Shown: positions 12,658 to 26,200, numbered from the whole stretch's first letter. The stretch is 63,959 bases of DNA, filler included, from Welwitschia mirabilis (GCA_051453625.1; 8 parts of one record of this genome joined end to end with filler, not necessarily neighbours in it); one strand, 5' to 3'. Notes: generated by a model from the sequence alone, not told the origin. Translations and numbers: made by a program.

Positions 12658-13080
12658 GCTTTGATACCAACATCATGAAAACAAGTGAACAAAGTAGAAA
12701 AGAAAACAAGTAAGCAAACACGAACGAATTAAAAGGTTCGGGCATTTGTTCCTCTACTTCCTCAAACGAGCACATAAACTCTGTTAGGTCAATTGCAAAA
12801 CCAGCAGTCACAAAGAGTACAAGCCATTCCTCTAGCTTAAGCCACAATCACAGGCAAGATTGCAAATGACTCTAGCCATAGCTATATCCTCACAGGGAGC
12901 TGCAACTCTTCTTCTATAGCTTTATGTAGCCTTAGGGTTTGATATAAACCCTTAATTAATAGTGATCCTATACGCTCCCCTGTTTCTCTCTTTGACTTTG
13001 ACTTAATTTATAATCGTACAACATCGACCCACCTTGAACATAAAAGGGAAAATGTAAAGTTTGGCTTCATAATAACTAAT
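12658..13080 (-). mobile_element. tRNA-iMet PBS and decayed 5' LTR of a copia element
   Basis: GCTTTGATACCA at 12658-12669 (reverse complement TGGTATCAAAGC), followed by an LTR-like tract (GAATTAAAAGGTTCGG, TAGGGTTT, TTTGGCTTCA) similar to the 8982-9318 LTR. Confidence 0.5.
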
Positions 13081-13165
13081 ATAAATGCCCTACCAATGTT
13101 GTTGAGTGTTATTAGAGTTCAACAAAGGTAGCATACTATTACTTAATTCTTAAGAATAACAATGA

Positions 13166-13324
13166 TGTTGAAAATATAAGTGGGTGTTATCCCACATTGA
13201 TGAAATAGAAGGCCTTGAACATAAATATAAAAGCTTGTGAATCACTCCACCTAATGCCAATTGGTTTTGGGTTGGAACTTCACTTGCTTTATGTGTGCTC
13301 GGGCCAAATTATGAAAATTTATCA
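13166..13324. mobile_element. 159-bp solo LTR (TRIM-like) with perfect 5-bp TSD, nested in the copia 3' LTR
   Basis: AATGA|TGTTGAAAAT...AATTTATCA|AATGA; TG..CA ends; removing it restores alignment of the host LTR with the 5' LTR start at 17157. Confidence 0.8.
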
Positions 13325-13738
13325 AATGAAAAACAACTAAAACAGGAAGCAAAACAATACACGAGAATTTACGCGGAAAACCCCGATATGGGGAAAAACC
13401 ATGGAAGAAATGCAGAGCTCTCTTAATATTTCAAAAAGAATAGTTCAAGGACCCAAGCCGTCCTCAATAGCNNNNNNNNNNNNNNNNNNNNNNNNNNNNN
13501 NNNNNNNNNNNNNNNTTAATTAATTAANNNNNNNNNNNNNNNNNNNNNNNNNNNNNNNNNNNNNNNNNNNNTTTTCTTTATGTATTTCTTCAGGAATCTG
13601 CTTAGCCTTTGTCTCAACATCTTTTGAAAAGTTAATAGACTTTTGTGGGATGCCAAAATCAGAAGTCTCCTGATTCCCATCCTGATGGCCATAGAACATT
13701 ATCTGTTCTTTGAATTTAACGTCACGAGACCTAACAAC

Positions 13739-14485
13739 TCATTTTGCCTTAGGATTCCATAGTCTATAACCAAGAGCATCTTCTCCATATCCAACAAATA
13801 TACACCGTTTGGCTTTGTTTTGTAATTTTGTCCTGTTCTCCTTTTGAATGTGCATGTAGGCCTTACACTCAAAAACTCTTATATCCTTGTGAGAAACATT
13901 TTTACTTGTCCAAAGAATCTCTGGAACTCCATGATTGAGAGAGGAATGAGGAGACCTGTTCACTAGATATGCAACTGTTACCATCGCCTTTGCCCAAAAA
14001 ACCTTGGACAGACATGCAGCTGCAACCATGGATCTAGCACATTTTAGCAATGTTCTGTTGTATATCTCAGCAACACCATTTTCTTGTGGTGTGCTTGGAG
14101 AAGTACAAATGTGATGTATTCCTTTGTTGTCGTAATATTCACCCAAGGCCTTGGAAGTATACTCCCCTCCATTGTCAGTCAACAAACATTTCACTCTAAG
14201 GCCTATTTGAGTTTGAACCCTGGCGACAAATGACTTGAAAACACCAAAGACTTCATCTTTGGACTTAAGAGGGTACACCCAAACCTTCCTAGTGTAATTG
14301 TCAATACAAGCAACAAAATAAAGGGAGCCACCAATAGAAGTAGGATTCATAGGCCCACACACATTAGAATAAATCAATTCTAATTTCTTTTTCTTCTTTA
14401 TATCCACATCCCGATGGAAATCGACTTTTGTAGATTTACTAACAATACAGTCTTTACAAAAATCAATAGAGACATGTGAAAACAT
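13739..14485 (-). pseudogene. Copia integrase core (rve) open segment, 248 aa
   Basis: LELIYSNVCGPM, YFVACIDNYTRKVWVY, TDNGGEY, TPQENGVAE, FWAKAM, CIFVGYG motifs; first catalytic Asp appears as Asn (YSNV). Confidence 0.85.
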
Positions 14486-16822
14486 AGGATTAAGGAAAGA
14501 GATTGAAGCTCCTTAAGGCTGGAGTTGCCTATGCGTCCCAAACGTTTGTGCCAGACATCTGCATCCTCTGAAGCTATTACAGCTCCAGCATTTCGCTCAT
14601 CCGTAGTAGCAGCAACCATTGCGTATGTGTCNNNNNNNNNNNNNNNNNNNNNNNNNNNNNNNNNNNNNNNNNNNNNNNNNNNNNNNNNNNNNNNNNNNNN
14701 NNNNNNNNNNNNNNNNNNNNNNNNNNNNNNNNNNNNNNNNNNNNNNNNNNNNNNNNNNNNNNNNNNNNNNNNNNNNNNNNNNNNNNNNNNNNNNNNNNNN
14801 NNNNNNNNNNNNNNNNNNNNNNNNNNNNNNNNNNNNNNNNNNNNNNNNNNNNNNNNNNNNNNNNNNNNNNNNNNNNNNNNNNNNNNNNNNNNNNNNNNNN
14901 NNNNNNNNNNNNNNNNNNNNNNNNNNNNNNNNNNNNNNNNNNNNNNNNNNNNNNNNNNNNNNNNNNNNNNNNNNNNNNNNNNNNNNNNNNNNNNNNNNNN
15001 NNNNNNNNNNNNNNNNNNNNNNNNNNNNNNNNNNNNNNNNNNNNNNNNNNNNNNNNNNNNNNNNNNNNNNNNNNNNNNNNNNNNNNNNNNNNNNNNNNNN
15101 NNNNNNNNNNNNNNNNNNNNNNNNNNNNNNNNNNNNNNNNNNNNNNNNNNNNNNNNNNNNNNNNNNNNNNNNNNNNNNNNNNNNNNNNNNNNNNNNNNNN
15201 NNNNNNNNNNNNNNNNNNNNNNNNNNNNNNNNNNNNNNNNNNNNNNNNNNNNNNNNNNNNNNNNNNNNNNNNNNNNNNNNNNNNNNNNNNNNNNNNNNNN
15301 NNNNNNNNNNNNNNNNNNNNNNNNNNNNNNNNNNNNNNNNNNNNNNNNNNNNNNNNNNNNNNNNNNNNNNNNNNNNNNNNNNNNNNNNNNNNNNNNNNNN
15401 NNNNNNNNNNNNNNNNNNNNNGTTTTTCTTTCTTATATCCAATGGAAATTGACTCTCTTAGATTTACCAATAATACAGTCTTTACAAAAATCAATAGAGG
15501 CATGTGAAAACATAAGGATTAAGGCAAGAGATTGAAGCACCTTAAGGCTGGAGTTGCCTATGTGTACCAAACGTTTGTGCTAGACATCTACATCCTCTGA
15601 AGCTGTTATAGCTCTAGCATTTTACTCGTCTGTAGTAGCAGCAATCATTGCATATGTGTCTGCTTCCAAGGTATACATGCTGCCATCTTTCTTCCCTTGC
15701 AATACTATTAGAATTCCCTTGGTAATTTTCCAACGTCCTCCTTAGCTAAAGAAGCCCAAGCCTAGATCATCAAGCTGTGTAATAGAAATCAGCTTCTGCA
15801 TCACCTTCGGAACATGCTGAACATTGTTAATGGTAACCTTGGGCAATCTTAGCTATTGCAAAACAACACTGCCTATTCCAACAACCTGTAGAGGTTCTCC
15901 ATTGGCAGCGTAAACAACTCCAGAAGAAATAGGACTGTAAGTAGAGAAAGCAAAACGATTTGGACAAATATGAAAGGAAGCACCCAATTCAACTAGCCAG
16001 ATGTCTTGACACTAGAAAACTAATTCTGTCATCTGCTTGATTGACCTGTGAGGAAGACTCTCCCAAATGGCCCTGTTCATGCCTTTCTTTCTACTTTGCC
16101 TTCCAAGACAGTTTTTCTTCGCATGTTCCTTTTTCTTACAGAACCAACCTTTGACATTTTTGCCATGGGAAACTCCTCTGCTTTTGCTTCTCCCGCTGCT
16201 TTGGTCACGCTTCTTATTCCTGCCTCTATTTTCAGTTACAAACACACCCTCCGAAGATTGCGTTTCCCTACCCTCAGAATCTTGAAGCATAGACACAACT
16301 CACTCAAAAGTTGCCATGGTAATATTCATACGTGTAGTGATGGATGTCACTACTGTAGACCGAACTTAAGGAATAAAATCCAATAAGGCATAAGACTTGA
16401 CTAAATCTGGAATTTTAATGTTATACTCTTCCAGCTTTACTAGATTACCTATCATCTCATTTAGATGATCCTGTAATGAAACTTCTGGCCGCTTCCTTGT
16501 CTTGAACACTTTCTGATAGATGTGAAACGTGTTCAAACTAGATGCTTTATCAAACCTGTTCTTGAGGGTTTGCCAGAGATTATGAGGATCCATATCCTGT
16601 TTAATCGACTATAGGATCCCATTACTCAAACTTGGATGTATGTAGGATAGGGCCTTTCTTTTCACCTTTTCCCATTCTTTGTCTTTCAAGGAAGCTGGTT
16701 TTGCAGACTCCAAAGCTTCAAGGCACTCCTTGCGCCAAAGCGGCTTTCATCAAAACACTCCAGATGGTCCAGTTTTGGCTAACGAGTATATTCGTTGTTC
16801 CTCAAAGAAACGTATCCAACCA

Positions 16823-16920
16823 GTACGGACACAAAACGAATGCCGCGAAACTATACGGATGCAAAGAAATGCCGTGAAAACATACGGATGCAAATAAAAT
16901 GCTGTGAAACCGTATGAACG
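16823..16920. repeat. ~29-30 bp tandem repeat, about 3 copies, in the copia leader
   Basis: TACGGATGCAAAGAAATGCCGTGAAAA-like units, followed by CGCTTCGCTC low-complexity sequence to ~17070. Confidence 0.7.
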
Positions 16921-18074
16921 GATCTCAAAATTTTCGCCCTTTGTTTCGCTTCGCTCTGCTCAGCTTCACCCATACTTGCGTTGCTTCACTTGCTTCGCTC
17001 GCTCGCGCAACGCGTTCGTTGGTTAACTGCATTCGCTTGCTCCACTCGCTCGCTCCGTTCACAAGCTTCACTTGTAGAAGCTCCAACAATTCCTACAACT
17101 TCCCATCCTTTGCTGCAACACCTTGAGGTAAACCCCAACTAGGGTCTGATACCAATTGTTAAGAATAGTAGCAGAAAACAACAGAAACAGGAAGCAAAAC
17201 AACACACAAGAATTTATGTGGAAAACCTCGATGTGGGTAAAAATCATGGAAGTAATGCAAATCTCTCTTAATATTTCAAGAAGAATAGTTCAAGGACACA
17301 AGTCCCTTCCCCTTAAATAGGCACACTTTAGGTTAAAAACCCTAATTGTACATTGACTTTATAAATAGCCCCCTCTTAGTTTATAATACCAAAGATAAAT
17401 ACACGTTGCACACAAAATNNNNNNNNNNNNNNNNNNNNNNNNNNNNNNNNNNNNNNNNNNNNNNNNNNNNNNNNNNNNNNNNNNNNNNNNNNNNNNNNNN
17501 NNNNNNNNNNNNNNNNNNNNNNNNNNNNNNNNNNNNNNNNNNNNNNNNNNNNNNNNNNNNNNNNNNNNNNNNNNNNNNNNNNNNNNNNNNNNNNNNNNNN
17601 NNNNNNNNNNNNNNNNNNNNNNNNNNNNNNNNNNNNNNNNNNNNNNNNNNNNNNNNNNNNNNNNNNNNNNNNNNNNNNNNNNNNNNNNNNNNNNNNNNNN
17701 NNNNNNNNNNNNNNNNNNNNNNNNNNNNNNNNNNNNNNNNNNNNNNNNNNNNNNNNNNNNNNNNNNNNNNNNNNNNNNNNNNNNNNNNNNNNNNNNNNNN
17801 NNNNNNNNNNNNNNNNNNNNNNNNNNNNNNNNNNNNNNNNNNNNNNNNNNNNNNNNNNNNNNNNNNNNNNNNNNNNNNNNNNNNNNNNNNNNNNNNNNNN
17901 NNNNNNNNNNNNNNNNNNNNNNNNNNNNNNNNNNNNNNNNNNNNNNNNNNNNNNNNNNNNNNNNNNNNNNNNNNNNNNNNNNNNNNNNNNNNNNNNNNNN
18001 NNNNNNNNNNNNNNNNNNNNNNNNNNNNNNNNNNNNNNNNNNNNNNNNNNNNNNNNNNNNNNNNNNNNNGACAT

Positions 18075-18374
18075 CATTGTTGCAAGACTCAGACTCGCCA
18101 CCTGACCCGGCTAGGGGAAAAAACTCATGACTTGGCTCAACTCGGGAGCTGACTCGGCGCAGACTCGGGAGCCAAAAAGAGTCACTAGAGAGTTTCATGT
18201 ACAAATACGCCAAGATTCGCTAAAACTTGCCAAATCTCACCAAAACTCATTGAGACTCATGAGTTTTGGGAGCTGACTCGGACTCGGCGAGTTTCTGCCC
18301 ACTCGACTCGGGAGTTCAAAAAACCTCGGGACTCGGAGAGTACTCGCCGAGACCCGGAGAGTCTTGCAACAGTG
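18075..18374. mobile_element. 300-bp hAT-family MITE
   Basis: 16-bp TIRs CATTGTTGCAAGACTC / GAGTCTTGCAACAGTG (1 mismatch); right flank ACCGACAT, left flank ..GACAT (rest in gap), consistent with an 8-bp TSD; dense (G)ACTCGG subterminal repeats. Confidence 0.85.
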
Positions 18375-19764
18375 ACCGACATCACTAGGTTGTCCCATGA
18401 TTCAAGAACCCAACACAGAACACTCATTGTCCTTCCTATGGAACCATTTGTGAAATAATTAAGTTGAACCTGTGCAACTAGTGGGTCATGGTTTCATCTT
18501 CCTCGGGTTTCAAACTATGCAACTTTTGAGGAATAAAGTTTCAATGTCACTGTCCTTTTGATCAACATTTTAAATGAGACCTATGTGGCATACTAATTAT
18601 GGAAAACAGTGCGGATAGGACAAACAAAATTTCATTAAAGAAGGATTGAGAGCACATGAAAGCAGAGTTGGACAAATTGGACAAAATTGACAGAGTTGTT
18701 ACTACCTATGACAGAATGATTGCTAGATGACTTATCTAGCGATGATCATGTTGCAAGATCATTGACAAATACCATCGCCTAGCGATGATGTAGTGACCAT
18801 AGGATATAGCTGGGATTATAGACACTTACCATCGCCCAGTGATGATTGCCAACAACGCCTTCTTCTGTTACAGACCAATATTGTCATCAGATACCATTGC
18901 CTAGTGACAATTCCCAGCTACGCCTTCTCTAGTTACAGAGATCGTCACCATTTGTGGTTGCCTAGTGATGCGACTAGTGATAGTAGTAGTTTTTATATAA
19001 CAAACTTCTTAACCTCTTAACTAATTTGAAAGCTATAAAGCAAGCGTTTTTTGTCCTTGCTATTTTTAACCTTCCGATTGCTTAAAGAACGTGACAGAAA
19101 GTAGCAAGGGTGAGGAGACCATTGAGAAAGCCTTAGAATAAGGACCCTTGCCTCTTCGAGCGCATTGGCGTGAGACCATTGTCTCCATATCCTCTTAAGT
19201 CTCATATTATAGGTATTAGACTTAATAGACATGTTTTTACTTGATTTTCAAGTTGTGTCTTGAATGACATAAGGTCTTTCTTTTGAATGATGTAATTTGA
19301 TACATGATTTAAGACTAGTTGGGTGATAGCCAACTAGAGTAGTGACTTGCCTTTTCGATTGCATGCACGTTGTGTTATGTTGAATGCACTAATTCTTTTA
19401 AAATAGTTTGCATTTTCTCTCTCAAGCATTCTTCTGCTCTGTAACCTCTTGTTGGCATTGGATACAATACCTGGGATTATTGGATGGTGTAAAACATTGC
19501 TTAAACAAGTTGCACAACAGGCACGTCACATTTTGTCGTTGTTGCTGGGGAGGCTAAGCAGGTCTTCTTGAGAGAAGAAGACCCTCACTCAAGGCTTGAA
19601 ACTAGGTTAGGTTTTTCATGCTTTGTTTTATACTTTGGTGAACTCTGATAGTGAATCAAGAAATGGATGGGTCTACAAAATCTGTTTCGAGTTTGATTAC
19701 TCTATCCTTTCATAGTTTGTTTTCATTTTTAAACTTTTTCTTGCATTGGCTTTTAATAATACCA

Positions 19765-19960
19765 CTTGTGCGAGTTTGGTGATGGAGGCCTTGTGCACTT
19801 CTACACCTTGTATTTGGAAGTCTTTTCGACACCGCTTTGTGTGATCCTTGTGATTGAGGCCTTATGTACTCTTACACCTTGCCTCTAATGGAAGTTTGAG
19901 GGATTAATCCTATACGATCCTATTGATTGAGACTTTGTATACTCCTACACTTGCATCTAG
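19765..19960. repeat. Three degenerate ~72-77 bp tandem units in the gypsy leader
   Basis: TGAT(G/T)GAG(G/A)C(C/T)TT.T..ACT..TACAC.TTG core near 19780, 19851 and 19924. Confidence 0.6.
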
Positions 19961-21129
19961 TGTCTAATACTTGGTGTGTTTTTGCGTTTTTGGTGTTTTC
20001 CTAACATTGCAGCGACCACCATCTTTCATGTCTTCGTATGCCTCGGTTGTTGAACAATGATCAAAGACTAATTAGAGAAAATATTAGAGACGAATTATTT
20101 GATTAATAGCGAAATTGTGAGCATAGAACAAATACACGTAGGGAAGAATTTTACCAAGAACTATCCTTTAATGAATCATCAAGAAATCTCCCTAACCTTG
20201 AGATCGATGAATTTCTTGATTGCAATCAATTTCCTCATTTAAATAATTTGCAAACGACCAACAGAAACAAAACTTTCTCTTCCATCTCAACTCCTCACCC
20301 AACTAGCCTTCTTTGAACAATCCCATGGGAACTTCAAACATACCCAATGCTTCTTTAAAAGACTTATTGTTGAATAGAAAGAATAGAGCTAATAGTCCTG
20401 TAAGTCTACTAAATGGAGAGGGCATTGAAATTCATAATCTTGCGGCTTATCCATTCTTGCACCGCCATGAACATAAAGATCCTTATAGTCATCTTATTGA
20501 GCTTGAGCACCTTACCAAACCTACTTGTAANNNNNNNNNNGAATAGAGCTTTTCTAAAGGTCTTTCCATTAACTCTTACAGAAAAAGATAAAATGTGGTT
20601 CAATTCTTTACCAAGCCATAGCATTAGTTCATAGGATGACACATGTACAACCTTTATTGGGAGATACATAACCAGCCAATGAATTCAAGAATTGAGGAAA
20701 CAAGTAAGTGGGTTTAGCAAAAGGATGAGGAAGACTATTGTGTTGCCTTTGAATGTTTTGTAGGTTATGTTACCCAAAACCCAAACAATAAGTCACAAAC
20801 CTTATCAAATTGTAGAATACTTTTTAGGAGGACATAACCCTTGAACTAGAAATATGGTTGATTTGGCAACTGGGGGAAGCATCTTAGATAAGGATCTTGT
20901 AACAACTTGTAAGAGATCGGAACAAATTCGGGTAATGCATAACACATGGCCTACAACTCAATCTAAACCAGAACCTAAATTAGTAAGGAAATTACTGAAA
21001 GGAGTCAAAGTGATAGAAACTCCTTAGTCNNNNNNNNNNNNNNNNNNNNNNNNNNNNNNNNNNNNNNNNNNNNTTAATTAATTAANNNNNNNNNNNNNNN
21101 NNNNNNNNNNNNNNNNNNNNNNNNNNNNN

Positions 21130-21209
21130 GACTTAAAGACATTTTCAATTTGAAAAAAGGGCTACATGTCGCCCTTTTTTGGCGCCATGTTGGGACATTT
21201 TAATCATTG
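21130..21209. mobile_element. One end of a hAT MITE (same family as 32655-33262); rest lost in gap
   Basis: Terminus reverse complement CAATGATTAAAATGTC matches CAATGATGTAAATGTC at 32655; CATGTCG subterminal motif shared. Confidence 0.55.
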
Positions 21210-22403
21210 ATTAAGAACAAGTAAAACCAATGCAAAAAAGAAAAGATCAGCTCACAAGGATTTTATAGTGGTTCGACTATCAACCTACTCCACTTTTCAG
21301 GGAGAATTAAATGGTACTGCTTCCCTGGTTCACTTTAATCTTTTCAAATGATGATTTTCTGGCTTATTATCAACCCTCTACAACAATGATGATTTTTGGC
21401 TTATCATCAACCTCCTATAGTAGTGATGTTTTATGACTTATCAGTAACACTTTACAACAAGGAGTCTTTTCTTCGCTTAGACTCAACCACATAGTAACCA
21501 AGAGCAAAAAATGGAAGTGCCTTAAGCATTGATATCACAAAGTATTTGTAGTAGAGAAATAGAGCTATTTTGGGTTTTCAAGGGATGGGACAAGTAATGT
21601 ATATCTCCTATAGGTAAGATCATTATTGAGAAATATTGAGCTTCCTTCCTTTTGTAGAGACCACACACTAGGCAACTGTTAGAAAACTTGAGTGTGCCAT
21701 TTCCAAGATTCTTAAAGTCATGTTCCACCTATTTGTCTGCCAATTTGGGCTTAGATCAAAGGAAAATCTCCCACCAAGTTTGCCTCAAAGTTTGCACTTG
21801 ATCTAAGATTTGAATCCTTGGAGATTTCCATCAGAAAATAGCAGTTTTACCATGATCCAAGAATGGAGTTTGTGCAGAAACTTGCACTTCCATGGGTGGA
21901 AATGTCCACACTAAAAATAGCGGAATGTCCACACCTGTTAGAGGTGCAGTCATTTATACAAAATGGCTGAGAAGGGGGAGGGAGGGGGCGGGGCGGGGGG
22001 GCGCTCTGGGATATTTGAGTAGGGATGACTGCACCTATTAAAGGATCAGAACTCTTATGCAAATCATCTGCGAGGTGTGGGGATGTCCGGACTATTTGAG
22101 TGGGGATGTTCAGACTACTTGAGTGGGGACGTCCACACCTATTAACAGATCACAATCCCATATAGATCAGCTGTGAGGAGTGGGGTGTCTAGGCCTTTTG
22201 AGGGGGAACGTCTGGAATCCTACAAAGCTTAAAGTCCATCAATGTAAAGCAGGGACGCCCACCACTAAAACCAAGGTTGTTCGGAAAAGGTTTGTTATCT
22301 TCAAATCATCCAAACATCAGCATTCCAAAGATGGTGAATACAAGTCACATGCAAACCATGTAAACTTATCAACTTGGCATCATTGACATTCATATGTGCT
22401 ACA
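21210..22403 (-). mobile_element. Sirevirus-like (copia) LTR
   Basis: Minus-strand start TGTAGCACATATGAATGTCAATGATGCCAAG parallels the starts at 24083 and 35110; GGACGTCC-type repeats at 21890-22260; GATTTTATAGTGGTTCG..CCTACTCCAC is the reverse complement of the motif at ~24971-25007. Confidence 0.6.
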
Positions 22404-23299
22404 TGCCCTTCTACANNNNNNNNNNNNNNNNNNNNNNNNNNNNNNNNNNNNNNNNNNNNNNNNNNNNNNNNNNNNNNNNNNNNNNNNNNNNNNNNNNNNN
22501 NNNNNNNNNNNNNNNNNNNNNNNNNNNNNNNNNNNNNNNNNNNNNNNNNNNNNNNNNNNNNNNNNNNNNNNNNNNNNNNNNNNNNNNNNNNNNNNNNNNN
22601 NNNNNNNNNNNNNNNNNNNNNNNNNNNNNNNNNNNNNNNNNNNNNNNNNNNNNNNNNNNNNNNNNNNNNNNNNNNNNNNNNNNNNNNNNNNNNNNNNNNN
22701 NNNNNNNNNNNNNNNNNNNNNNNNNNNNNNNNNNNNNNNNNNNNNNNNNNNNNNNNNNNNNNNNNNNNNNNNNNNNNNNNNNNNNNNNNNNNNNNNNNNN
22801 NNNNNNNNNNNNNNNNNNNNNNNNNNNNNNNNNNNNNNNNNNNNNNNNNNNNNNNNNNNNNNNNNNNNNNNNNNNNNNNNNNNNNNNNNNNNNNNNNNNN
22901 NNNNNNNNNNNNNNNNNNNNNNNNNNNNNNNNNNNNNNNNNNNNNNNNNNNNNNNNNNNNNNNNNNNNNNNNNNNNNNNNNNNNNNNNNNNNNNNNNNNN
23001 NNNNNNNNNNNNNNNNNNNNNNNNNNNNNNNNNNNNNNNNNNNNNNNNNNNNNNNNNNNNNNNNNNNNNNNNNNNNNNNNNNNNNNNNNNNNNNNNNNNN
23101 NNNNNNNNNNNNNNNNNNNNNNNNNNNNNNNNNNNNNNNNNNNNNNNNNNNNNNNNNNNNNNNNNNNNNNNNNNNNNNNNNNNNNNNNNNNNNNNNNNNN
23201 NNNNNNNNNNNNNNNNNNNNNNNNNNNNNNNNNNAATTTCTCAAAAGAGCTGAAGAGAGCTACAACATGATAAAAATAAAGACAAATAGTATAAGATAA

Positions 23300-26200
23300 A
23301 GGCTTATGAATTTTCATCAGAATTTTGGAAGGTATTATCTTTATCACCACCTAGACATTCTTTGGAAGTCTCGATAGGAGTCGGAGAGATCTTCATCCAC
23401 ATGAGCTCAACTGGGATCCTCTTCTTTTCAACTTCCTGCTCCAGTAGCTTATTCAAGCTTCTAGCTGCTTTTTGGTTCTTTTCCAGCTTTGCCTTGAGAA
23501 TGGCGAGCTTTCCCTTGGACTTCAAGGTTGCCTCCTCAACCGATACAACCCTCCTTTCTACCTTTTCCACTTGGTGACGAGCCTTGACGTCCCTAGCCTA
23601 GGACTCTTCCAGCTTGTGCCTCTTATTATTGTCATATTGTTGCTTGAGGCAGGATAGTCCCATTGCCACATACCTAGCCATCTTCGAGGAGAACTCTTTT
23701 TCTCGAACTGGTGGAGACTAGTCTCTCTTTGAAAGAAGGCAGACAATGGAAACGATCAGAGAATGAGCAAGGTTACACAATTACCAAAAGGAAGAGATCA
23801 TCTATTCACAAGGAGAAGGCGCTACGGCTATGTCTTGGGCAAGCTCCTCTTCTTCTAGCATCATAGTCTTTCACTTGCTCCCGGAACTGGAACCCCCCAT
23901 TGGAGTAAAGGATCCTTTGCCATGCAATGAAGCCAGTTCCTTCTCACCTATAGAAAGAAGACCATGTCAAATGTTTTATTTAAAAAGAAAAAAATGAAGA
24001 AAAAAGGGAAAAAAGACAGATAAAGATAAAGAGGAGGAGAGTAAAGTAGATTTTACTAGACGCCACCTTAGAGATTGCCTAGTGAAAGTCCATGTTTCAA
24101 TGATGATCAATGGAATTTGTAGTAGTCTAGAGTAGCGAATCAAACCTAAATGCACTTTCTCAGAAGAGCCCAAAATTAAGATATTTAGAGTATGTGCTAT
24201 TCGGGACATCCGAATCTAAATTCTGGACGTTCGCCCCTATATGCGACCGAATTATTCAAAGGCGTCTAGATCTAAAACCGGACGTCTGCCCTTATATGCG
24301 GTGAAATTATACAAGGAAGTTCGAATGTGAAACCGAGACATCTACCCCCTGTTCATGGCCTCAGTTTATGGGGACGTCGAAGTTATTAACTGGGATGTTT
24401 GGCATCTTACTTAGTTTTGACAAGGCCAAGTGTTATAACAGGGATGTCTGGATTATCAAAAGGGGAGTCCGAGCAGGCGAACATTGGAGTGGAAAAATAG
24501 CCATTGTGAACGTTGGATTTCGTATTCCAAGACGCCAAGGACATGGAGCTTTATTGGCACACTAACCAATGTTGAGGGGTCACTGTTTGAGATCACAATA
24601 GCTATATTTTTGGTTTAGCTCTTTTATAAAAGATGTGACATCATTTGTAGCTAGGGACATCAAGTACCTGGGCAATAATTCTGTGTTATCTAATACGGGA
24701 AGTACATTCCTCTAAGCTATTATTCCTAAATCTAAGCATTTTCTCTTTCGAGTCATTGTACTATCATGTTGATGATTAGTGCATCCTAAGGCATTCTATT
24801 TCCATCAGATTCTTTATGTATCATTGTGTTGTATGCTTGAGATCGAGCATTGTTGATAAGTCCCTTGGAAGAAGGGCATTGCAAGAAATTGACAACCCTG
24901 AGGTAAGGGTCTTGTAAGCTTTGAAAAGCTAAGGGAACAAGAAGGCTAGAAGTTGTTGCTGCCTCTTGAGAGTGGAGTAGGTGAAGGGTTGAACCACTAT
25001 AAAATCTCTGGTGTATTCTTATTACTTGCATTCTGCCTTCTTCCAGTTTATCCATTTTATTATCTTTCATGTGAAAAGGTATTCCAGTTTGATTTAATTA
25101 GAAAATAGTTTATAGATACCCTATTCACTTTCCTCTAGGGTGCCTATTCAATCCTAACCTTGCCACCTCGTCGTCATCTACAAAGGGCATCGTTGAATTT
25201 CAACTTCTTCCCTGTACTCGAGGAAGCCTTGGTAGAAGCTAGATTCTTGACTTTCCATAGGAAATTTTCGATGTAAGTTTCTATCTTCTCTCATCCAACG
25301 AGACATAATTTCTCTAGCTTGACCATTTTATAGTATAGGCTAGTGCTAAGAAAGGAGTGGGAGCTTAAGGAAGCCTCCCCACCGTTGGGAAAAGATAAGA
25401 TGTCCTCTCTTAGCAATCTATCCCTAGACTAAACTCTCACGGCCTAAGCATAAATGGCTGCTGCACATCTTATGTTCTCATTTTTCTAGCAATGGGTGAG
25501 GTTGGCAGACAACTTCTCTTTGACCACCTCGGTCTGACCATATTTCGTCCGTTGTTCGTTCCATGGGCCACCACCTTACACATGGCCTCAAAGAATACTT
25601 GAGGAATGTGAGTTCCTTATCAAAGAGGACGAGTTTAGAACAAACAAAGAGAAACATTGATTGGACAAGTTCTCTAAGGAGATAAACCAAGATCCATTTC
25701 TCACTCTTGATTGCCTTGGTGAACACCTTAGGTAACCTCCACTCCTCTGGCATGTTAGGAAGGTTCTTTGAAGCAGTGCCCTTGACCATTGGATGTTAGC
25801 TAGCTCTTTGAAGGAAGATCAAACATTTGGCCGATATCATCGACAAAGAGAGGAACCTGAATGTGAGTCAGATTCAGAGATTCTTAGGATGTAGACACAA
25901 GGGAACTAGCTTTTCTCTCGATCGAACCCCAGTGAGAAATCATATCCTCTACTTGAGCTGGGGAAGACTTAAAGATTCGGAAGAGAGCTAATTCATACAA
26001 TCTAGCCTATTTCAAATTCTCTGCTAATGTTCTATCCTCCTAAATGAACTTATGGAGGGAGTAGTGATCGACTGTCCCATACTTCCACCCTTCTGTCTTC
26101 TTACTTGTACATCTTGTTACCCATTGATATAAATAAGCAACAGTGGGAACCATGCTGGCAGAGTTTGAAAAACAGCAAGATTCCATTTCGAGGGAAAAGC

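Larger units (their letters stand above)
13148..17418 (-). mobile_element. Ty1/copia element (Tnt1/Tork-like): 5' LTR (from 17157), PBS-Met, gag, protease, integrase, 3' LTR (13148-13471); RT/RNase H not visible (gap)
   Basis: GGTCTGATACCA-AT-TGTT at 17143-17160; LTR pair aligns (AAAACAAC..AAACAGGAAGCAAAACAA..GAATTTA.G.GGAAAACC); gag MDPHNLWQTLKNRF and decayed zinc knuckle; protease WLVELGASFHICP; integrase ORF 13739-14485. Confidence 0.88.

Noticed and set aside
21975-22001. G-rich run able to form a G-quadruplex
   Set aside because: Single low-complexity tract inside a decayed LTR, absent from the related LTR copies, possibly low-quality sequence.
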